Shown: piece after piece, positions 1 through 14,634 of the stretch
Layout of the letters: each line of letters begins with the position of its first letter
Position numbering within the stretch: position 1 is the first letter of the stretch
From: Candidatus Multivorans sp.
Lineage (GTDB): Bacteria; Acidobacteriota; Thermoanaerobaculia; Multivoradales; Multivoraceae
Direction: 5' to 3'
DNA length: 64,000 nucleotides
Assembly (NCBI GenBank): GCA_965247095.1
Contig: OZ251997.1
Coordinates: 3,680,001 to 3,744,000 of the forward strand
Notes under the pieces: generated by a model
Databases searched by the model: none
What the model was told of the DNA's origin: nothing
What the model saw: only the letters and a program-made list of their open reading frames with translations
Made by a program: the position numbers and the translations under genes

Positions 1-1224
<1,224 letters not shown>

Positions 1225-1235
1225 GCGCCCCGGGC

Positions 1236-1507
1236 TCAGTCGCCGCGACGAATGCGCTCGATTTTCGACTCCAGCCGTTCCGAGAGACGTCGCTTCTCGG
1301 CGCGGTAGTTCTCTTCTTCCAGGAACCGCTTGGCCGGATCGGGGGACAGGTTCTTGCGGTGGAGGATCTCGAGTTCGGCATGCTTCGCCTGGTGGCGACT
1401 CCGTTCGTCTTCGATGCGCCGGCGCTGGTTCTCGTCCAGGGCGTCCTGCCGGGGCGCGGCGATGCCCTTGCTCTCCAGCTTCTCGAGCGCCCTCTCGTAG
1501 GCCGACT

Positions 1508-1511
<4 letters not shown>
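1236..1511 (-). CDS. Small charged helical hypothetical protein (91 aa, [12 protein letters not shown]...)
   Basis: GTG start overlaps the mcm stop (GTGA); corresponds to the C-terminal end of listed ORF 1236..2927; coiled-coil-like composition. Confidence 0.75.
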
Positions 1512-3073
<1,562 letters not shown>

Positions 3074-3170
3074 GAAGATGAGCTTATCGCTGCCTCGAAT
3101 CCGCAGGGTCTTGGCGGGCCTCTCCGCAGCTTCTTCCCTGCTTATCGATGAAGCTGCATAGACGGATGGA

Positions 3171-3218
3171 GCGCCATATCTTGTACGTTCACCCCTTGAC
3201 AGCCACCACATGTTCGAC
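3171..3218 (+). promoter_or_regulatory. Tandem NrdR boxes flanking a TTGACA -35 element upstream of nrdJ
   Basis: gcgCcAtATcTtGtac (3171-3186) and ccaCcAcATgTtcgac (3203-3218) versus consensus acaCwAtATaTwGtgt; 32-bp offset; TTGACA at 3196-3201. Confidence 0.72.
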
Positions 3219-3366
3219 TAGGAGAGCGAATAGACTGAGCTTCTGACTTCACTGGAAGTTCACACGTCCCAAGCATGGCACTACGCTCACGAGCAGCGCG
3301 GAACAGCCCGCGCACCAGTCCGACTGCGTGACGCCGGAGCTTGAGAACACCGAAGGGAGAGGACCT

Positions 3367-6234
<2,868 letters not shown>

Positions 6235-6293
6235 GGCTCGCGAGCGGTCGGTTCCAGCACCGGTGACCCTGCCAAGGCTGGTAGGCTGCCCGG

Positions 6294-6827
6294 GTGACAA
6301 GAGGTCTTGCAATTGGGCTGCTGGTGGCCTTGGGCGTTGTGGCGGCAGCGTTCATCGTCTTCGTCGGGCTCAACGTGCCGACGGCGCCGGATGTCTCAGA
6401 ACTCGATCCGATCCTCACGAGCTTCCAGCTCGACACCCTGGACGGATCGAGCCTGGGCCCGCCGGACTTGCGCGGAGACGTCGTGGTGGTCGACTTCTGG
6501 GCGACCTGGTGCAAGCCGTGCGACGCCCAGGCGAGGATCCTGGAGGGGCTGCACGCGGAGTACGCCGACCAGGGGGTGACGTTCCTGGCCCTCAACACGG
6601 GCGAGGATCTGGAGACAGTCCAGAAGCACGTCGACGAGAAGCCGTTCGGTTACCCGGTGCTGCTCGACCCCGAGAGCGAGGTGATGCGCACCGCGGAGCT
6701 TTCCGGTCTGCCCACGCTCCTGGTGCTCAACCCGCTCGGTGAGGTGTCCTACATCGCCATCGGTGTGACCGGGGTGAGCGTGGTGCGGGGCGCGATCGAG
6801 GAAGCGCGGGCGGCCTCCTCGGGTTGA
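6294..6827 (+). CDS. TlpA/ResA-family membrane-anchored thiol-disulfide oxidoreductase
   Basis: N-terminal TM helix; DFWATWCKPC; GLPT cis-Pro loop. Confidence 0.9.
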   Translation: MTRGLAIGLLVALGVVAAAFIVFVGLNVPTAPDVSELDPILTSFQLDTLDGSSLGPPDLRGDVVVVDFWATWCKPCDAQARILEGLHAEYADQGVTFLALNTGEDLETVQKHVDEKPFGYPVLLDPESEVMRTAELSGLPTLLVLNPLGEVSYIAIGVTGVSVVRGAIEEARAASSG

Positions 6828-6885
6828 GGCCGGAGGCTCGGCAGCCCGGTTGTCGCGTCCTGGCAGCAGGAGATCCACCCGCGCC

Positions 6886-7122
6886 ATGATCAACGTCCGC
6901 AACCTCTCGATCAAGTGCGGCCACTGCGACACCTACCAGACCCTGTGCGCATACCGCCGCCGGGACGACTGCAACGTGTACGTCTACGAGTGCGAGAACG
7001 ACGTGTGCGACCCGGAGTTGAGCCGCACACTGGTCGAGGTGCCGAGCGAACTGGACGAGTTCGCGAACCGGGATCCGACCTGGGCGCACGGACGGCGCCA
7101 TAGCGGCGGCCAGGACGAATAG
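6886..7122 (+). CDS. Small Cys-rich, putative Zn-binding hypothetical protein (78 aa)
   Basis: ATG after AGGAG; CGHC, ECENDVC; typical codon usage. Confidence 0.8.
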   Translation: MINVRNLSIKCGHCDTYQTLCAYRRRDDCNVYVYECENDVCDPELSRTLVEVPSELDEFANRDPTWAHGRRHSGGQDE

Positions 7123-7131
7123 GTCGAGTCC

Positions 7132-8409
7132 CTGAAACCGCGGAAACAGCCTCTCTCGGCCGAACGGCTGGAAACCCTCGCTGTACTGGCGGGAATCAGC
7201 CGCCTCGAGCTGACCATCGAGAAGGTCGTGCTGGGCGGTGACGGTCTGGCGCGCTGGCGCGATCTGCCGATCTTCGTGCCGCGGGCGGCGCCGGGCGACG
7301 TGGTCCTTGCCCGGATCACCGAACGCCGGCCGAGCTACGCCCGCGCCGAGATCGAACGGGTGATCTCAGCCGGCCCCCTGCGACGGGAAGCTCCCTGTCC
7401 CTTCTACGCCCGCTGCGGCGGCTGCCAACTTCAGCACATCGAGGACGATGAGCAGCTCGGCCTCAAGGTCGCCGCGGCGACGGAGACGCTGCGCCGGCTG
7501 GGCGGAATCGATCCGGCTCAGCTTGCGAGTTGCCGCGTCGAAGAACCGGTCGCGGACCGGCAGTGGGGCTATCGCCTGCGGGCCCAGGTCCACGTCGAAC
7601 AGAACGCGGATGGGTCGGTCGGCGTCGGTTTCCGCCGTCGCCGCAGCCATGACCTGGTCCAGGTCGACCGCTGCCCGGTGCTGGCGCCGGCGCTCGAAGC
7701 GCGGTTGGCCGATCTGCCGCGGTTGCTGGACGACGCGGCGCAAGCAGGGGACCCACCGGGCCGCCTCAGCCTGGCCACGGACGGTCTCGACGAGGACAGC
7801 CCGGTGGTTGCGGCGCCCCCCTTGGGCGGGCTGCCGGGCGGCGAACTTGTGACCGAAGTGCTGGGACATCGCCTGACCTACGACGCGCGCTGCTTCTTCC
7901 AGGCCCACGGGGGATTGCTGGAGGCTCTGGCGCGATCGGCGGTGGGCGCCTTCGAGGGCGAGACGGCGGTCGACCTGTACGCGGGGGTCGGCTTCTTCAC
8001 GGTCGGTCTCGCCGACCGCTACGGGTCGGTGACGGCGGTCGAAGGTGAATCGGTCGCCGCCCGCTACGCGAGAAACAACCTGCGTCTGAACGGCCTGCGC
8101 CACTGCCGGGTCGAGCGGGCCGCGGTGGAGAGCTGGGTCGACGGCAAGGCAGGCGGTGAGGGCCTCCAGCCCGGACTTGACCGGGTGCTGGTCGACCCGC
8201 CCCGCGTCGGTTTGTCGTGGAACGTCTGCCGGGCCCTGCTGCGGGCCGCGCCGGCCCGGTTGACCTACGTGTCCTGCGATGCGGCGACGCTGGCGCGGGA
8301 CCTCGGGGAGTTGACCCGGGACTTCGACCTGGAGTCGATCACTTTCTTCGACATCTTCCCGCAGACCGCGCACCTGGAGGCGGTGGTCCAGTTGCGGCGC
8401 CGCGGCTGA
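7132..8409 (+). CDS. rlmD: 23S rRNA m5U methyltransferase RlmD/TrmA family with TRAM domain (start uncertain: CTG 7132 or GTG 7228)
   Basis: LELTIEKVVLGGDG TRAM start, CPFYARCGGC Fe-S motif, FFQ, DLYAGVG, DPPR, YVSC, DIFPQT.HLE. Confidence 0.88.
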   Translation: MKPRKQPLSAERLETLAVLAGISRLELTIEKVVLGGDGLARWRDLPIFVPRAAPGDVVLARITERRPSYARAEIERVISAGPLRREAPCPFYARCGGCQLQHIEDDEQLGLKVAAATETLRRLGGIDPAQLASCRVEEPVADRQWGYRLRAQVHVEQNADGSVGVGFRRRRSHDLVQVDRCPVLAPALEARLADLPRLLDDAAQAGDPPGRLSLATDGLDEDSPVVAAPPLGGLPGGELVTEVLGHRLTYDARCFFQAHGGLLEALARSAVGAFEGETAVDLYAGVGFFTVGLADRYGSVTAVEGESVAARYARNNLRLNGLRHCRVERAAVESWVDGKAGGEGLQPGLDRVLVDPPRVGLSWNVCRALLRAAPARLTYVSCDAATLARDLGELTRDFDLESITFFDIFPQTAHLEAVVQLRRRG

Positions 8410-8503
8410 CGCCGCTGCTGCGGCTGCTCGGTACCACCCCTCCGGACCCCGCCGCGGACTGGACGTTGCCTACTCCGTCACCCACGGTTGCGTTGTCGGG
8501 CGG

Positions 8504-8992
8504 CTACAGGTTGCGCCGGTAGCTTACGCCCTGGCCCCGGGTCTCGGTCACCGTGACCTCCACGACCTCTACCCGGTCTCGAAGGTGCGCCCACCGGTCC
8601 CGGAGGCGCAGCCAGAGCAGCCGCGCCAGCGCCTCGATCGTCACGTTCGCAACCGGCAGCAGGACGACCTCGGACGACGGGAACTCGTAGCGCCGCGAGC
8701 CGAACACCGCCGTCACCGTCTCGCCGTGCTGAGCGAGTTCAATGTGAGGACAGTCCGCGGGCAACAGGACCTTCTCGTCAAGGGCGGCGCACTGGGCGCG
8801 GATGTCCCGCTTCGCCGTGGCGAGGGGAACCAGGAAGTCCAGGTCGTCGAGCACGGATCCACTCAACTCCACGGTGACCCGGTAGTTGTGACCGTGGAGC
8901 GGCTCCGCTTCACCGTCGCCGAAGATGGTGAAGTGGGCCGCGGAGAACTTGAAGTCCTCCTTGCCGAGGAGTAGCGAGAACATGCCGGGCAC
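8504..8992 (-). CDS. queD: 6-carboxytetrahydropterin synthase / PTPS family
   Basis: FSAAHF, EPLHGHNY, NVTIEALA, VTET motifs. Confidence 0.85.
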   Translation of the reverse strand: MPGMFSLLLGKEDFKFSAAHFTIFGDGEAEPLHGHNYRVTVELSGSVLDDLDFLVPLATAKRDIRAQCAALDEKVLLPADCPHIELAQHGETVTAVFGSRRYEFPSSEVVLLPVANVTIEALARLLWLRLRDRWAHLRDRVEVVEVTVTETRGQGVSYRRNL

Positions 8993-9069
8993 GGGCCGAT
9001 CGTAACGTCCGGCTCGGGTCCGCGACCCTGCCGGCCGGAACCGGTCGCTTGGCGGCCGCTCGTCCGGCG

Positions 9070-9669
9070 CTAGCGCCAGGGACGGGGCGGCTCCCTGATC
9101 CTGCGGATCATCCGTCGACGGCGATTGGCCGGGTCGCTCGGGTCGTTGGAGAACAGCCGCATCACATCACCGTCGCGTGCGAAGCGGTACCGGCGCGCCG
9201 GCTTCTTGCCGTTCAGTCCCTTGGCTGCGCTCTTAGGGTACGTCCAGAGTTCGATGTCCGGGTCATCGATGTCGCGGTGCTCCTCCCACGCCGTCTTCTC
9301 CGGGTCGCCGAACAGGACATAGACCATGCCGCGATCCGTTCGCCGGCCGAGTAGGCCCGATTCCGAGTACCGCTTGTCGGCCTCGGCAGCCCGCAGCTCG
9401 AACTGCCGCTTGAGCGCGCCGGCTCTTCGGCGCCAGAACTGCTCGACGAAGGCTTCCGCCGCCTCGTCCGACTCGATCAGAAGGAAGAGGGTCCGCTCTT
9501 CCTCGTCGGCGAGCTGACCGACTGGTCCCACCATCCAGCGCGTATAGCCGGGCCCCAGGAAGGGGTTGATCAGGTCGTCCGGATGAAGCCGCTCGAGACT
9601 GTCGGCAGCCGTCGCCGCCGAGGCCGCGCCCAGAACCAGAGCCAGGGCCAGGGCCGCCGGGCGCCGCAC
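9070..9669 (-). CDS. Exported GWxTD-domain protein (variant GRRTDRG)
   Basis: Signal-peptide-like N-terminus; FVEQFWRRR, AEADKRY, GRRTDRGMVYVLFGDP, ELWTY; start GTG 9669 or TTG 9675 at the folE stop. Confidence 0.78.
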   Translation of the reverse strand: MRRPAALALALVLGAASAATAADSLERLHPDDLINPFLGPGYTRWMVGPVGQLADEEERTLFLLIESDEAAEAFVEQFWRRRAGALKRQFELRAAEADKRYSESGLLGRRTDRGMVYVLFGDPEKTAWEEHRDIDDPDIELWTYPKSAAKGLNGKKPARRYRFARDGDVMRLFSNDPSDPANRRRRMIRRIREPPRPWR

Positions 9670-9671
9670 CG

Positions 9672-10310
9672 TCAACGGCCCTTCAAGAGATCCAGGAACT
9701 CCTCCCGGATCGGCCGTTCGTGGAAGATGCCCCGGAGCGCGGACGTGACCGTCATGGCGCCGGACTTCTCGACGCCGCGCATCTCGACACAGAGGTGACG
9801 GGCCTCGATCACGACCATCACGCCGGGCGGCCGGAGTTCCTCTTCGAGGAAGCTGACCACCTGCTCGGTGAGCCGCTCCTGGAGCTGCGGCCGCTTGGCG
9901 TAAAACTCGAGAATGCGTGCGAACTTGGACAGCCCCAGGATCTTGTCGCCGGGCACGTAGGCGATGTGCGCGTGGCCGTAGAAGGGCACCAGGTGATGCG
10001 CACACATGGAGTAGAAGGGGATGTCCTTCTCCATGACCATGGCGCGGTAGTTCTCGTCGTTCGGGAAGGTCGTGACACGCGGTTGCGACCCCTGGTCGAG
10101 ACCGCGGAACATCTCCAGGTACATTCTGGCCACCCGCTCGTGGGTGGTGCGCAGATTCGGGTCGTCCAGATCGAGGCCGAGTTCGACGAGCATGTCCCGA
10201 ACACGCTCCGCGAGACGCTCCACCCGCTCAGCGTCCGGGATCGCCGCCGCAAGCTCCTGCTGCCTCCGCTCGCGTGCCGCAGTCGTTCCCACAGGCTCCA
10301 GAACACGCAT
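9672..10310 (-). CDS. folE: GTP cyclohydrolase I
   Basis: FYSMCAHHLVPF, LGLSKFAR, RPQLQERLT, ARHLCVEMRGV. Confidence 0.96.
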   Translation of the reverse strand: MRVLEPVGTTAARERRQQELAAAIPDAERVERLAERVRDMLVELGLDLDDPNLRTTHERVARMYLEMFRGLDQGSQPRVTTFPNDENYRAMVMEKDIPFYSMCAHHLVPFYGHAHIAYVPGDKILGLSKFARILEFYAKRPQLQERLTEQVVSFLEEELRPPGVMVVIEARHLCVEMRGVEKSGAMTVTSALRGIFHERPIREEFLDLLKGR

Positions 10311-10361
10311 CGGCGCATGCTACCGTAGGCCGCCCCAGACAACTACGGAGCTGAGCTTCAA

Positions 10362-10589
10362 ATGAGCCGAGTCACGATCGAATACTGCGTGATGTGAAAC
10401 TACCGCCCCCGAGCCGCCGGTCTGGCGACTCAGTTGAAGGAGCGGTTCGACATCGATTCAGAGCTCGTGGACGGCAGTGGCGGTGTGTTCGAGGTCGCCC
10501 TCGACGGCCGGCCCGTGTTCTCGAAGAAGCAACTCGGCCGCTTCCCCGACAACGGCGAGGTCGAGGCCGCGGTCGTGGATCTGCTGTAG
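10362..10589 (+). CDS. Rdx/SelW/SelT-family selenoprotein (75 aa, CxxU), absent from the ORF track
   Basis: MSRVTIEYCVM-UGA-NYRPRAAGLA...GSGGVFEV..DG..VFSKK..GRFP; in-frame TGA 10395-10397; stop TAG 10587-10589. Confidence 0.9.
10398..10435 (+). promoter_or_regulatory. Bacterial SECIS-like hairpin
   Basis: Directly after UGA: AACT...GAGCCGCC-GGTCT-GGCGACTC-AGTT stem-loop with GU-containing apical loop about 21 nt downstream of UGA. Confidence 0.65.
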
Positions 10590-10683
10590 AGCCGCCAACG
10601 GCTCTCTTCGTGTCCGTTCTGCGGTGCAGCCGACGCCGAGCGCCAGTCCGAAGACCGGCCGCCGGCCCGCCGGATCCAGGCCG

Positions 10684-10959
10684 CTAGCCCGATTCGCCGA
10701 TTGCGTCGAAGTCGAGCCGCCCGGCGGGGTCGGCATCGGCGGGGAAGAGGAAGTCCTTCATGTGGCGGGAGAGAGTCGCCTGGGCTTCCGGTTCCATGAA
10801 GTTCAGGCGCAGTTCGTTGATCACCTTGATCTCCATCGCCGTCCATTCGTGCCAGCAGCCGGCGCAGACGCGGGCGGCAATCTCCTCGCCGAGGGAACCG
10901 GGAAGCGGCGGATCGCCCAGCGCTTCCCGTTCCTGGTCGCAGCGGGCGCAGACGATCAT
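10684..10959 (-). CDS. Fe(II)-trafficking / Fe-S protection protein, YggX-like
   Basis: PPLPGSLGEEI...VCAGCWHEW....K.INELRLNF pattern. Confidence 0.85.
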   Translation of the reverse strand: MIVCARCDQEREALGDPPLPGSLGEEIAARVCAGCWHEWTAMEIKVINELRLNFMEPEAQATLSRHMKDFLFPADADPAGRLDFDAIGESG

Positions 10960-12116
10960 CGGTCCTCCTCCGACGCGCCCGACCCGGAGTCCTGGGCCAC
11001 GTCCTGTGCTTCCTTGTAGCGCTTCTTGATCCCCGCCTTCTGGCGGTTGCGGACCAACCAGCGCAGGAACTTCGATTCGTTGATGCCGACCACGAGATCG
11101 TCGAGCGCCTCGTAGATCGCAGGATCGTTGATCAGCTTGGCCGCGGTGCCGTCGCCTTCGGAGACCTGCTCCAGCGTGGAGTTTAGGCGCTCTAGCAGTT
11201 GCTCCACCTCGGTTGTCAGCGATTCACCCAGTTCTTCGTCGTTCAGCAGCCGGGGCAGCAGCCCGTCGGCGCCCCGCAGGTCCGCGGCGATGGCGCGCAG
11301 ATCGGCGGCGGCGACCTCCGTGTCGGCCATGGTCGATTCGAAGCGGGTCTTCAGTTCGGCGTCGTGGAGCAGTGCCGGCGCCAGACCGTCGCCTTCCCGC
11401 AGCAGGGTCAGGGTCTCGTCGATGCTGTCCAGGGACGAAGCGAGCTGGTCGCCCATGTCCTCGTCCGTCAAGAGGCGGCCGAGCACTCCCTCGCCGGCCT
11501 CGACCTGGTTGGTCAGGCGCTCGATCGATTCCAGGGTCCGGATCACCGTGTCGGTGATCCGCTTGTCCTCGCGTTCGGCGACCAGCTCGCCGAGCAGCCC
11601 TTCGCCCCGCTCCATGCGGGTCAGGATGGTCGACAGAGACTGCGCGGTCGAGACCACGTAGTCGACCACGTCGGCGCCACTGGCAATCAGATCGTCGACA
11701 TCGGTGGGCAGGGCGGCAGGGATCTCTTCGCCTGGGTTGAGGAGCAACGCGCCAGGGGAGCCCGAGGTGATCTCGACGTACTTGTCGCCGAGCAGTCCCA
11801 GAGTCTTGATCCGGGCCAGGGAGTCGCGGCGCAGTCGACTCGCGTACCGGCGTTCGATGCTGATCCGCACTTCCAGCAGTTCGCTTTCCGGCCGCTCGCT
11901 CAGCAGGATGCGGTCCACCTTCCCGACGGTGACGCCGTTCAACTGGACCGGGTTGTCCTCCGCCAGGCCCGCCGCGTTGGGGAACATGATGCGGTAGGTG
12001 TTGCTGGCCCGGAACAGGAAGCTCTGATCGCCGATGGCGAGGATGAAGCCGGCCAGGACGATGAGCGCGCCCAGCACGGTCAGCCCCACCTTGGCTGTGT
12101 TCGAGTCACGCTGCAT
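10956..12116 (-). CDS. mlaD: MlaD/MCE-family lipid transport protein with long helical tail
   Basis: N-terminal TM; AAGL...PVQLNGVTVGKV, GLLGDKYVEITSG; repeated GEGxLGxL units. Confidence 0.88.
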   Translation of the reverse strand: MQRDSNTAKVGLTVLGALIVLAGFILAIGDQSFLFRASNTYRIMFPNAAGLAEDNPVQLNGVTVGKVDRILLSERPESELLEVRISIERRYASRLRRDSLARIKTLGLLGDKYVEITSGSPGALLLNPGEEIPAALPTDVDDLIASGADVVDYVVSTAQSLSTILTRMERGEGLLGELVAEREDKRITDTVIRTLESIERLTNQVEAGEGVLGRLLTDEDMGDQLASSLDSIDETLTLLREGDGLAPALLHDAELKTRFESTMADTEVAAADLRAIAADLRGADGLLPRLLNDEELGESLTTEVEQLLERLNSTLEQVSEGDGTAAKLINDPAIYEALDDLVVGINESKFLRWLVRNRQKAGIKKRYKEAQDVAQDSGSGASEEDR

Positions 12117-12906
12117 CGATGTCCTCCTGTGCTGACGGTTGTCGACCTTCCAGGAACGCCCTGAGCGCCGAATCCGTGCTTCGTTCGGCCTGCTCCCAGG
12201 TGCCGATGAAGCGGAACCGGCCTCCGTCCAGGAGAGCTACCCGGTCGCCCACGAAGCGAGCCAGCCGCAGGTCGTGGGTGACGACGACGGAAGTCGTGCC
12301 GAACTCTCCCTGGGTGCTTCGAATCAGACTGCAAATCGTCGCCGAGGTGACGGGATCGAGGCCCGCCGTCGGCTCGTCGAAGAGGACGACCTCGGGTTTC
12401 AGGACCAGGGAGCGAGCGAGCGCGACCCGCTTCTTCATGCCGCCGGATAGTGCTGCCGGCATGCGGTCTTCGATCCCGGACAGGCCCACCCACGCCAGGG
12501 CGCCGGCCACGCGCTCGCGGATCTCCTCCTCGCTCAACCGGTTGTGCTCGCGGAGAGGGAAGGCGACGTTCTCGAGCACGTCGATCGAGTCGAAGAGGGC
12601 CGCCGACTGGAACAGCATCGCGATGCGCCGCCGCAGCGGGTACAACTGGCGTTCGGTCAACTGGACGAGATCCGTTCCCTCGAACAGAACCGCGCCGGCC
12701 TCGGCGTCGTCGAGTCCGTTGAGCTGCCGCAGGGTGAGGCTCTTTCCGGACCCGGAACGGCCGAGAACGACCAGACACTCGCCGCGCATGACGTCGAAAC
12801 TCAGGTTGTCGAGGACGGCGCGGTCTCCGAATCGACGGCAGAGCCCACGGACGACATAGAGCGGTTCGTCGCGGCCGGTTTGCGCCGCCGGGTCAGGTAA
12901 GGACAT
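12106..12906 (-). CDS. mlaF: MlaF-type ABC ATPase
   Basis: GRSGSGKS, FQSAALFDS, LSGGMKKRVALAR, DEPTAGLDP. Confidence 0.92.
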   Translation of the reverse strand: MSLPDPAAQTGRDEPLYVVRGLCRRFGDRAVLDNLSFDVMRGECLVVLGRSGSGKSLTLRQLNGLDDAEAGAVLFEGTDLVQLTERQLYPLRRRIAMLFQSAALFDSIDVLENVAFPLREHNRLSEEEIRERVAGALAWVGLSGIEDRMPAALSGGMKKRVALARSLVLKPEVVLFDEPTAGLDPVTSATICSLIRSTQGEFGTTSVVVTHDLRLARFVGDRVALLDGGRFRFIGTWEQAERSTDSALRAFLEGRQPSAQEDIDAA

Positions 12907-13675
12907 GAAACAGCTTGGTCAGAAAAAAATCAGATACCAGGACCATGATCGATGCCCAGACGACGGTCCTGGTGGTGGCGCGCCCCACGCCCTCGGCGCC
13001 GCCGGTTGCGTTCAGGCCGTTGTAGCAGCCGATGACAGCGATGAAACAGGCGAAAAACACCGACTTGCCCAGACCGTTCAGTACATCGCCCAGGGTCAGG
13101 GCCTGGAGGACGTCGTTGGTGTAGAGGCCGTAGGACAGGTTCAACTGGTTCGTGGCGATGAACAGGCCGCCGAGGATGCCCAGGAAGTCGCCCAGGATGG
13201 TGAGCACGGGCAGCATGATCAGGCTGGCGGCGAGCTTCGGCACCACCAGTTTTTTGACCGGATCGGCTGCCATGGAGCGCATCGCGTCGACCTGCTCGGT
13301 GACCTTCATCGTGCCCAGCTCCGCGGTCATGCCGGAACCGATCCGACCGCCGACGATGAGCGCGACGAGTACCGGTCCGAGTTCCCGGGTGAGCGACTTG
13401 GAGACCACGCTTCCGATGTAGTACTTGACCCCCAGCTCCGGCAGGCTGTACGCGGTCTGCAGGGCCAGTACCATGCCGGTGAAGAGGGTGGTGACCGCGG
13501 CCACCCCGAGCGAACTGACGCCTAGATGTTCCATCTGATGAAGCCATGACCGGAACTCGTAGGGTGGCCTGACCAAGGCCGTCAGACCTCTACCGGCCAG
13601 CAGCGACACCGCGCCGACATGGCGCAGCGGGGCCGCAAAATCGAACAGAATCTTGGGTGCAACCTGTTGCATCAA
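12893..13675 (-). CDS. mlaE: MlaE-type ABC permease
   Basis: RELGPV, GRIGSGMTAELGTMKVTEQVDAM, GGAEGVGRATT. Confidence 0.93.
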   Translation of the reverse strand: MMQQVAPKILFDFAAPLRHVGAVSLLAGRGLTALVRPPYEFRSWLHQMEHLGVSSLGVAAVTTLFTGMVLALQTAYSLPELGVKYYIGSVVSKSLTRELGPVLVALIVGGRIGSGMTAELGTMKVTEQVDAMRSMAADPVKKLVVPKLAASLIMLPVLTILGDFLGILGGLFIATNQLNLSYGLYTNDVLQALTLGDVLNGLGKSVFFACFIAVIGCYNGLNATGGAEGVGRATTRTVVWASIMVLVSDFFLTKLFHVLT

Positions 13676-13761
13676 CCTACGGGGCAGCTTTCTTCGCGCT
13701 TGTCGTGCTCGCGGCGCGTGCTTGGTGTTAGCTTCCCCTCCTGACAGCGCTGAGCAGAACT

Positions 13762-14634
13762 TTGTCGAACCGGAATCCTACTGCCGCAGGCTCGGAACAT
13801 GGCCCGAGCTCGTACTTGGGCGAGGCATCGCGCTTGGTGGAAGGGAAGGCCCCTGGGCCGTCGTCGTCGCAGCCGCCGGTGTGGGCGGTGGCTGTGGCAA
13901 CCGTCACCGGCAACCTGTACCTGGTCTTCGGCAGCGCCGTCATGGGGGCTGCGGTGGCCATCGCCTCCTGGCTGCCAGGCCGTGACTGGGCCGGATTGAT
14001 GGCGCGGCTCTGGGCTCGGGGCCTCCTGGTGGCCGGCGGCGTCCGTCTGCGCCTCAACTACGCGGGCGGCGACCACGCGGCCTGGCGCGCGGCAACCGAC
14101 GGCCGTCCGCTGGTGTACATGGCAAACCACAGGAGCCTGTACGACGTTGCGGCCCTGCTCGCGATTCTGGACTCGCCGGTGCGCTTCCTGACCAAGCGCA
14201 GCCTGTTCCGGGTGCCGGGTTTCGGCTGGGGTCTCAGGGCGGCGGGATTCGTCCAGGTCGATCGCGTCGACCGGAGCCGCGCCGGCGAAACGTTCGCCGC
14301 GGCCTCGAAGTTGCTGGCCGCGGGAGTTTCCGTGGCCGTGTTCCCTGAAGAAACCCGTAGTTCCGGTCCCCGGATGAGGCCGTTTAAGCGCGGCGGGTTC
14401 CTGCTGGCTCTCAAGGGGCGTGCCCCGGTCGCTCCGATCGGTATCCGGGGCGCCGGGCGCATCCGGCGCAAGGGAGCGCTGGTCGTGCGGCCGGCCACCG
14501 TCGATGTGTCCTTCGGCGAGGTGCTCGACCCGGCGAGCGTGGGAGTACGGGGGCGGAGGACGTTCATGCTCGATGTCGAGCGGCGCGTTGGCCGGTTGGC
14601 GGGTCTTGAAACAGCGGGAGAAGGTGATGGCTGA
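13762..14634 (+). CDS. plsC: Lysophospholipid acyltransferase, PlsC family (true start may be downstream)
   Basis: ANHRSLYD (HX4D), FPEETRS, PFKRGGF. Confidence 0.85.
   Translation: MSNRNPTAAGSEHGPSSYLGEASRLVEGKAPGPSSSQPPVWAVAVATVTGNLYLVFGSAVMGAAVAIASWLPGRDWAGLMARLWARGLLVAGGVRLRLNYAGGDHAAWRAATDGRPLVYMANHRSLYDVAALLAILDSPVRFLTKRSLFRVPGFGWGLRAAGFVQVDRVDRSRAGETFAAASKLLAAGVSVAVFPEETRSSGPRMRPFKRGGFLLALKGRAPVAPIGIRGAGRIRRKGALVVRPATVDVSFGEVLDPASVGVRGRRTFMLDVERRVGRLAGLETAGEGDG

Noticed and set aside
3220-3366. Cobalamin riboswitch ahead of nrdJ or mcm
   Set aside because: No B12-box (GCCACTG) or matching core elements visible; an Rfam scan would be decisive
6294-6827. TlpA as the electron donor to NrdJ
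   Set aside because: The N-terminal TM anchor implies a periplasmic redox domain and it has its own -10 box; adjacency alone is insufficient
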